DNA of 39,820 nucleotides from a virus (lineage: Duplodnaviria > Caudoviricetes). Below are positions 35,265-39,820 of this stretch, one piece after another. The stretch is from the IMG/VR virus record IMGVR_UViG_3300048886_000193, positions 1-39,820 of that record; one strand, 5' to 3'. Position 1 is the first letter of the stretch, and every line of letters starts with the position of its first letter. The translations under genes and the position numbers were made by a program. Under the pieces are notes generated by a model. The model saw only the letters and a program-made list of their open reading frames with translations. It did no database searches and was not told the DNA's origin.

Positions 35265-35687
35265 CTATAGACGTTTGGGGGTGGGGTGGGTAGGGGTGGT
35301 CTCTTTGATTTTCTCTGGGGCCGATGCCAATGCTCTGAGCAATTCAGGTGATACCGTGCCCGTTTGGGTTTGTTTGATCTCCTGCCGTTCAGTTTTATTC
35401 CATTGAGCGTGTCGCCGTTCAAGGATTGCGATTGCGAGCTTGCCATCACGGGCTGCATTGTCGGTGGCGATCTGAAGTAGTCGGTGTTCGTGATCTGCAC
35501 TTGCCTTGTCCAAAGCTATTTTCAACGCGGGATACATACGCACCCATTTCTCGACCTGAGGCAGTGACAACTCCACGAACTTCGAGGCGGATACTAAACT
35601 CAGGCCATCTCGGATCGCATCGGTGAGGGCTTCGATCTTTTCGGCGGGAAGCGGTGGGAGCTTGGTGGGTTGTGTGATTTTCGGCAT
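35265..35687 (-). CDS. terS: Terminase small subunit
   Basis: HTH-like N-terminus and AILERR motif; directly upstream of terL. Confidence 0.75.
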   Translation of the reverse strand: MPKITQPTKLPPLPAEKIEALTDAIRDGLSLVSASKFVELSLPQVEKWVRMYPALKIALDKASADHEHRLLQIATDNAARDGKLAIAILERRHAQWNKTERQEIKQTQTGTVSPELLRALASAPEKIKETTPTHPTPKRL

Positions 35688-35724
35688 AACTTCAGATTAT
35701 TTTCTTATTTTTTCCCCGTTCGTA

Positions 35725-35753
35725 TTTATAGGTGAGGACAGAGAGCGAGTCAA
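35725..35753 (-). promoter_or_regulatory. Sigma70-type promoter TTGACT-N17-TATAAA for the packaging/late operon
   Basis: Minus-strand hexamers at 35753-35748 and 35730-35725, 37 nt upstream of terS. Confidence 0.7.
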
Positions 35754-35761
35754 TCGTTTTC

Positions 35762-36018
35762 CCTCGGCACAGTCCGGTTAACCAATCGGGCGGGGCGAAA
35801 GCAGCCTCCACGCATTGCGGGTCGAATCAATGACCATACTGAAGCGTGGCAGCACGTAGGTTTCCGTGAAAAATCTTGTTATGAAACCGGATTGCCTGTT
35901 AGCAGGTGGGCGCGTAATAGCGTTCGGCTTAGGCAGTTGGCAAGGGTGAATCAATAAACCTAGGGCGCAAGCCCGTTTGCCGATACTGCCGAGGCCATCC
36001 ACTAGAGCCATCATGAGC
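35762..36018 (+). ncRNA. Structured RNA, 5' domain (no family recognised)
   Basis: Closing stem CCTCGGCA/TGCCGAGG with at least six internal stems, many G-U pairs and a GCAA tetraloop. Confidence 0.7.
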
Positions 36019-36039
36019 ACAACCAAAAGGTAAAATATC

Positions 36040-36435
36040 ATGACGGAACTATTCACATTCGAAGAAAAAGTAGAAACCACTGAAACGGAAACAGTTAGCC
36101 AAGACAAGTTGACAGGGCCGCAAGTGACGGTCGTTTGCGAGAAGATCAGGAACTCAGATGATTACGATTCTGGGTTACTGCTCGCGATGGAAGTCACTGG
36201 CGACGTAACCAAGGCGCAAGCTATTAGATTAGCGACAGCCTTAGAGAAGTTACAGGAACGGCTCGAAAAGGAAGCGGCCACCAAGGCTGAGAATGAGGCA
36301 AAGCTGGCGGCATGGAATGAGCGCAAAAAGGAAGTGACTCGGTTCCATGTTAAGTTCGGCACACCTCAGGAGTATTCGGAGGAATTCCTAAACAGAATGA
36401 CAACGGATCAAGTGTTAAGCAGTAAATTAGTCTAA
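36040..36435 (+). CDS. Hypothetical protein (131 aa) enclosed by a 26-bp RNA stem
   Basis: AAAGG RBS; coiled-coil segment. Confidence 0.8.
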   Translation: MTELFTFEEKVETTETETVSQDKLTGPQVTVVCEKIRNSDDYDSGLLLAMEVTGDVTKAQAIRLATALEKLQERLEKEAATKAENEAKLAAWNERKKEVTRFHVKFGTPQEYSEEFLNRMTTDQVLSSKLV

Positions 36436-36442
36436 TCAATCC

Positions 36443-36563
36443 GCTCATGGTGGTTCTAGTGGGTGGCCAACGGTCACAAAACAATTTGCCAGTTGAAGGG
36501 TAAGAATAACTCAAGCCCTATGGCAAAGCTGCGCTGGATAGCGTGGAAACATAGCAAGTAGAG
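36443..36563 (+). ncRNA. Structured RNA, middle domain
   Basis: 3' arm of the 26-bp stem; TTTGCCA/TGGCAAA, AGGG/CCCT and GCGCT/AGCGT stems. Confidence 0.6.
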
Positions 36564-36573
36564 GGTACATAAA

Positions 36574-37371
36574 ATGGATACCAAAGTAAATGAAACCCCT
36601 AGTGTAGATGTAGAACCAGTGAAAACTGTTGGTCTATATGAGGAAGTCAAGAAGGACAGCAATGACGAGTGGTCGGGTTCAACGTGGACTGGATCGCTCG
36701 CTGCATTAAAGCCGGATCAGTTGGATCAATTATTTGATACCGACAACATCCACGCCGTAATGCAGGAAGTTATCAGGTTCGCATATGACGGCACGCCCGT
36801 TGATGAAAAGCTGATGGAATCAAATAATGCTGGCTGGATTCTGAATCCTACGGGTGCACAGGTCGAGGCCTTAAATATTGGGTCATTTGATCCGAAGGGC
36901 TTGAAGAGAGCCGCTAAGGCAATAGACTTGGAACACCGCAAGATCACCAAGGACAAGGACGGCAATGTCTCTGTCTGGCGTGAAGCTAAGGACTCAGACG
37001 GCAAGCCCATTATTGTCTGGAACTCTAAGACAAGTGAGACAGAGAATAAAATGGAATGGAGCAAGGACGGCAAGACGTTATTTTCCGCCAAGGATATGAC
37101 AAATTGCTATAACTTCGTGATCCATGCCAATGGGATGTTGAACTTGGAGCCTCAGTATGATGTTGAGCAGAGGAAGTTCGTCGCAGAAGGTGGACGTACC
37201 GTAACGCTCAAGAAGAACAAGAAGTCCATGACTCGTACACTTCAGAAGCCCACCAAGGGTAAGAAGAAGACTACGATCAAGGGCTACGAGTTCACAGCAG
37301 AAGAGCTGGAGAATCTAGTCGCCAATGCACAATCGCGTGGTGAGCTAGGGGAACAGCAAGATAATCAGTAA
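36574..37371 (+). CDS. Hypothetical protein (265 aa), acidic N-terminus and Lys-rich C-terminal part
   Basis: GAGG RBS; long ORF. Confidence 0.85.
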   Translation: MDTKVNETPSVDVEPVKTVGLYEEVKKDSNDEWSGSTWTGSLAALKPDQLDQLFDTDNIHAVMQEVIRFAYDGTPVDEKLMESNNAGWILNPTGAQVEALNIGSFDPKGLKRAAKAIDLEHRKITKDKDGNVSVWREAKDSDGKPIIVWNSKTSETENKMEWSKDGKTLFSAKDMTNCYNFVIHANGMLNLEPQYDVEQRKFVAEGGRTVTLKKNKKSMTRTLQKPTKGKKKTTIKGYEFTAEELENLVANAQSRGELGEQQDNQ

Positions 37372-37372
37372 A

Positions 37373-37545
37373 TTCTACGTGCTGGTTAAGTCATGATAGC
37401 GGGTGCAGATAAATACCTACCTGTATCCGTACAACAGCGGCGTCAGTAATGGCGATCCGCCGAGTAGGTACGCAGCCAGTAAAATGGTTGTAACGGGGTA
37501 ACGTGCCGGTTAGGGAACTACGCCCTAGCTAACGGAGTGATAGAC
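37373..37545 (+). ncRNA. Structured RNA, 3' domain with pseudoknot
   Basis: 10-bp stem 37399-37408/37421-37430 whose loop TACCTAC pairs with GTAGGTA at 37464-37470; three further hairpins. Confidence 0.7.
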
Positions 37546-37583
37546 GGGGAGTGGCTGAGAGAAATCTTGGCTGCTCCCCTTTT
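37546..37583 (+). terminator. Rho-independent terminator
   Basis: 15-bp stem with G-U pairs, GAAA loop, followed by TTTT. Confidence 0.8.
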
Positions 37584-37612
37584 CTAGTGTTCAAATTAAA
37601 TCAAGGAGCGGA

Positions 37613-37810
37613 ATGATAAACCAAAAACATAAACTAATTGGGGTGAGGAAGCTCAGTGACGGCAAGAACTACTTCGTCTCTGCTGACTCTGTGGGCAAAA
37701 TTTATCTCAAGAGAACCAAACTAAAGACGTGGGAACAGCTATACCCACAACACTATAAAACTAAAGAAGAATGGGAGGAAATAGAGAATGAAACCAATAA
37801 AAACAACTGA
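37613..37810 (+). CDS. Hypothetical protein (65 aa)
   Basis: AAGGAG RBS. Confidence 0.75.
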   Translation: MINQKHKLIGVRKLSDGKNYFVSADSVGKIYLKRTKLKTWEQLYPQHYKTKEEWEEIENETNKNN

Positions 37811-37895
37811 AATGGTGACTGGAATAATATCTGCAATAGGTTTTCTGGTCGTGGTAGCAGCGTTAATCTTAAGACTACTGGAGGTGATAGTATGA
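37788..37895 (+). CDS. 35-aa single-TM peptide, absent from the ORF track
   Basis: MKPIKTTEMVTGIISAIGFLVVVAALILRLLEVIV; GGAGG upstream; ATGA overlap with the next gene. Confidence 0.65.
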   Translation: MKPIKTTEMVTGIISAIGFLVVVAALILRLLEVIV

Positions 37896-38155
37896 AGCTT
37901 GGAGACTTATTGAACAGTCAGGACTATGACGATCACACTCAGAAATGGATACAGGCCACAGAAATAATGCTCGGAGCCATGAAGGAAGCAATAGAGGACG
38001 AGGGCATACCGCCGGAATGTGTGCAGTCAGTGCTGATAATGCTTCTATCTACATCCCTTAAGGAACAACATGGAGAAAAGTGGAGGATAGAACTATTAAG
38101 CCACCTAGAAATTGAATCCATTAACACAAAGGAGGAAGCAAATGCCAGAAACTAA
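37892..38155 (+). CDS. Hypothetical protein, paralogue 1
   Basis: GGAGGTG RBS; IPPE...WR motif shared with the next gene. Confidence 0.8.
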   Translation: MKLGDLLNSQDYDDHTQKWIQATEIMLGAMKEAIEDEGIPPECVQSVLIMLLSTSLKEQHGEKWRIELLSHLEIESINTKEEANARN

Positions 38156-38378
38156 TAAAGAGGAGACTCAAATACTGGTCTGCGTCAAGCTGATAAGTGA
38201 ATCATCGACTAAGGCTAGGGCCATGAAGATACCGCCAGAGGTTTACCTTAAGACTTCAATGATCTTCCTTGCCTCTGGTTTACACGCACTATTCAAGGAC
38301 GATTGGAGGGAAATGCTGGAGGAGGTAATAGAAGAGCATATAGATGAGATAGAAAGGACTAGCAATGCCCGAAACTGA
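38142..38378 (+). CDS. Hypothetical protein, paralogue 2
   Basis: GGAGG RBS before ATG 38142. Confidence 0.8.
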   Translation: MPETNKEETQILVCVKLISESSTKARAMKIPPEVYLKTSMIFLASGLHALFKDDWREMLEEVIEEHIDEIERTSNARN

Positions 38379-38688
38379 TCTACCTGAGAGGGACTGGAGG
38401 CTGGCCAAGCGGGTCAGGGAAGTGGAAGAGGAGGTTCAAATTCTAAAGAGGGAGGATCATTCACTCATACAGCTAAATCTACAATACACCAGAGGTATGC
38501 GTATGAATGTGCTGGAGTGGAGAAGGCTGGCAGATATGATAAAAAAGCAGGATAGGAGGCTGGATAGACTGGAGGAAATGATGTCCACCCTGCTAGATAT
38601 TGAGCCAGTTGATGATGTTGATGACCCAGATGCGGAGGAAATATCAAAGGGGCAAACCTTTATTGCGGGGTATGATGATACCGTATAA
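38365..38688 (+). CDS. Hypothetical coiled-coil protein (107 aa)
   Basis: AAGGA RBS; overlaps the previous stop. Confidence 0.75.
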   Translation: MPETDLPERDWRLAKRVREVEEEVQILKREDHSLIQLNLQYTRGMRMNVLEWRRLADMIKKQDRRLDRLEEMMSTLLDIEPVDDVDDPDAEEISKGQTFIAGYDDTV

Positions 38689-39189
38689 CCTGTTTCTCAA
38701 TACAAACTCTCCAGCTTTCTCCCAACATCTCCACAATACTCACGAGAGAATAGAATAGAATAGAATAGAGTAGAATAGAATAGATTATATACTATACACT
38801 CACAAGGATTAAGAAGCAGAGGAAGATGATCCATACCGCTATACCTATAAGCACAGATAGGGCATACTCGCAGCTATCCTTTAGGTTCATCGGGATTTCT
38901 TTAACTTCCAAGCAACAACACCCAAGGAGGCAGCGATAGCAACTTTACACAGAGTGTCTAACACGGCCATGCCCAAACCCATCCAGTTAATAAGTTCATA
39001 CAACATACTTGTTAGACGGTACAACCTGTGAATAAGTTAAACAAATCTTACACCTCCGTCGAAGCCCGCAACCTCCTTTCAAAACATAAGCAGCGGGTAT
39101 TCTAATTCGGCGGGGGATATTTTAACGATCAGCAATGGGTGACAAAATCTGTTGTCGATCACAAACAAGGAAAAACGGAGGAATAAACT
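38689..39189. other. Candidate replication origin region
   Basis: 500-bp gap with no ORF of 60 aa or more, containing the phased repeats and a consensus DnaA box (TTATTCACA, minus strand, 39027-39035). Confidence 0.5.
38708..38788. repeat. Phased CTCC x3 + ATACTCAC + (TAGAN)-type pentamer x8 element, copy B
   Basis: TCTCC at 38708, 38718, 38728; ACTCA at 38738; pentamers at 38746-38785. Confidence 0.9.
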
Positions 39190-39528
39190 ATGGTAAGAAA
39201 AAGAACATCGGAACAGATAAGGGATGATGCGGTAGCTGAGATGCCGGAATCATTCATGGAGAAATACGACAAGGGACAGGCCGAACACGGTGGAAACCTA
39301 GATGAAAATGTAACGTGGAAGGACATAGAGGACGAGGTGAAAGACTTGTGGTTCTACACTAAGAGCATGAGGTACAAGGTAGAGAAGGAGGTAGATTCAC
39401 TGACCATTGTCATAAGGGGGCTGCAATCTAGGGTGTTTGAGTTAAAGGAGGAGAACCATAGACTTAAGGTGGCTAATGAGGCAGCAGAGAAGGAAGTGAA
39501 AAAATGGGAGGAGCGTTCAAAGAGATGA
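39190..39528 (+). CDS. Hypothetical protein, possible MazG-like all-alpha NTP pyrophosphatase plus coiled coil
   Basis: KYDKGQAEHG...IEDEVKDLWFY acidic motif; GGAGG RBS. Confidence 0.5.
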   Translation: MVRKRTSEQIRDDAVAEMPESFMEKYDKGQAEHGGNLDENVTWKDIEDEVKDLWFYTKSMRYKVEKEVDSLTIVIRGLQSRVFELKEENHRLKVANEAAEKEVKKWEERSKR

Positions 39529-39820
39529 GATCATACCCAATATGGAACAAGGTACAGGCTTGCATATATAAGTCACCGAAGGACTGGGGAGCCAATAAGA
39601 ACTGTATAGTTGAGGTAAGGGTGGGGGATTCATCAAAGAATTCTCATAAGCTGCTCACTCACAAGACAACACGAAGGGAACACAAGGATGGGCGCGTAGA
39701 GTTCCGGTTCTCTGTGGATGACGTGTTAATAAAACAGGCAATTCTGAGGGGTGAGATACTGGAGGTTCACTCTCGGTTCGATTACATAGATACTAAACCA
39801 ACTGTCCCTGCTTGCCCTAG
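39525..39820 (+). CDS. 5' part of the junction-spanning 121-aa hypothetical protein (MRSYPIWNKVQACIYKS...)
   Basis: ATGA overlap at 39525; open through the window end and continues to 275. Confidence 0.85.
   Translation, partial: MRSYPIWNKVQACIYKSPKDWGANKNCIVEVRVGDSSKNSHKLLTHKTTRREHKDGRVEFRFSVDDVLIKQAILRGEILEVHSRFDYIDTKPTVPACP
39616..39820. repeat. Terminal direct repeat, right copy
   Basis: Matches 1-205 with mismatches at 39743 and 39748. Confidence 0.97.

Noticed and set aside
35234-35500. 89-aa N-terminal extension of TerL in the ORF track
   Set aside because: It overlaps terS in another frame and reads as low-complexity sequence; ATG 35233 after the terS stop is more plausible.
35723-35730. 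T4 late promoter TATAAATA on the minus strand
   Set aside because: Better explained as the -10 box of a sigma70 promoter with TTGACT 17 bp upstream; no gp55-like gene was recognised.
35993-36468. Retron a1/a2 repeats or IS/MITE terminal inverted repeats
   Set aside because: No reverse transcriptase or transposase was recognised in the genome, no target-site duplication is evident, and the mismatches are all G-U.
37399-37470. HDV-like/theta ribozyme
   Set aside because: There is no room for P3, L3 or P1.1 between the P2 and P1 strands.
35762-37583. Group I or group II intron, RNase P RNA, or tmRNA as the identity of the structured RNA
   Set aside because: Only isolated look-alike words (ATTGCGGG, AATCCGC, GGCAAGGGTGAA, TTCGGCTTA). 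I found no P7 pair, no domain V, no RNase P P4 elements in the right order and no tRNA-like ends. A covariance search is still needed.
38746-38785. CRISPR array or simple microsatellite
   Set aside because: Units are 5 bp with no spacers; the degenerate units and shared flanking architecture with 33374-33453 argue against plain slippage.

Overview
The window is an apparently complete, circularly permuted ~39.6 kb dsDNA tailed-phage genome: positions 1-205 recur at 39616-39820 with two mismatches. It has podovirus-like organisation and probably a Gram-negative host, since it encodes a spanin-like pair. The minus-strand late arm (35687 to 7217) encodes terminase small and large subunits, a small zincin, spanins, portal, an HNH nuclease, scaffold, an N4-gp56-type capsid, tail fibres, holins, adaptor and nozzle, and three ejection-type proteins including a 3220-aa polyvalent protein. 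The plus-strand early/replication arm (35.7 kb, wrapping to 7204) encodes DUF932, a lysozyme-like protein, a histone-fold protein, an RHH regulator, a resolvase, ERF, a split PD-(D/E)XK nuclease, an SSB-like protein, a DnaA domain IV protein and a replication initiator. I recognised no integrase, polymerase, helicase, tRNA or CRISPR array. The most striking unexplained signal is at 35.76-37.58 kb: an apparently single, highly structured plus-strand RNA in which two unknown ORFs are looped out by long-range helices (a 26-bp stem whose only imperfections are G-U pairs, and an 11-bp pairing across 1.5 kb), ending in a pseudoknot and a terminator. Other highlights are a phage-encoded bacterial-type histone, a sigma-factor-like segment inside the giant virion protein, and two dispersed copies of a helically phased iteron plus pentamer-repeat element. 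All functional calls come from by-eye motif recognition; no searches or folding programs were run.
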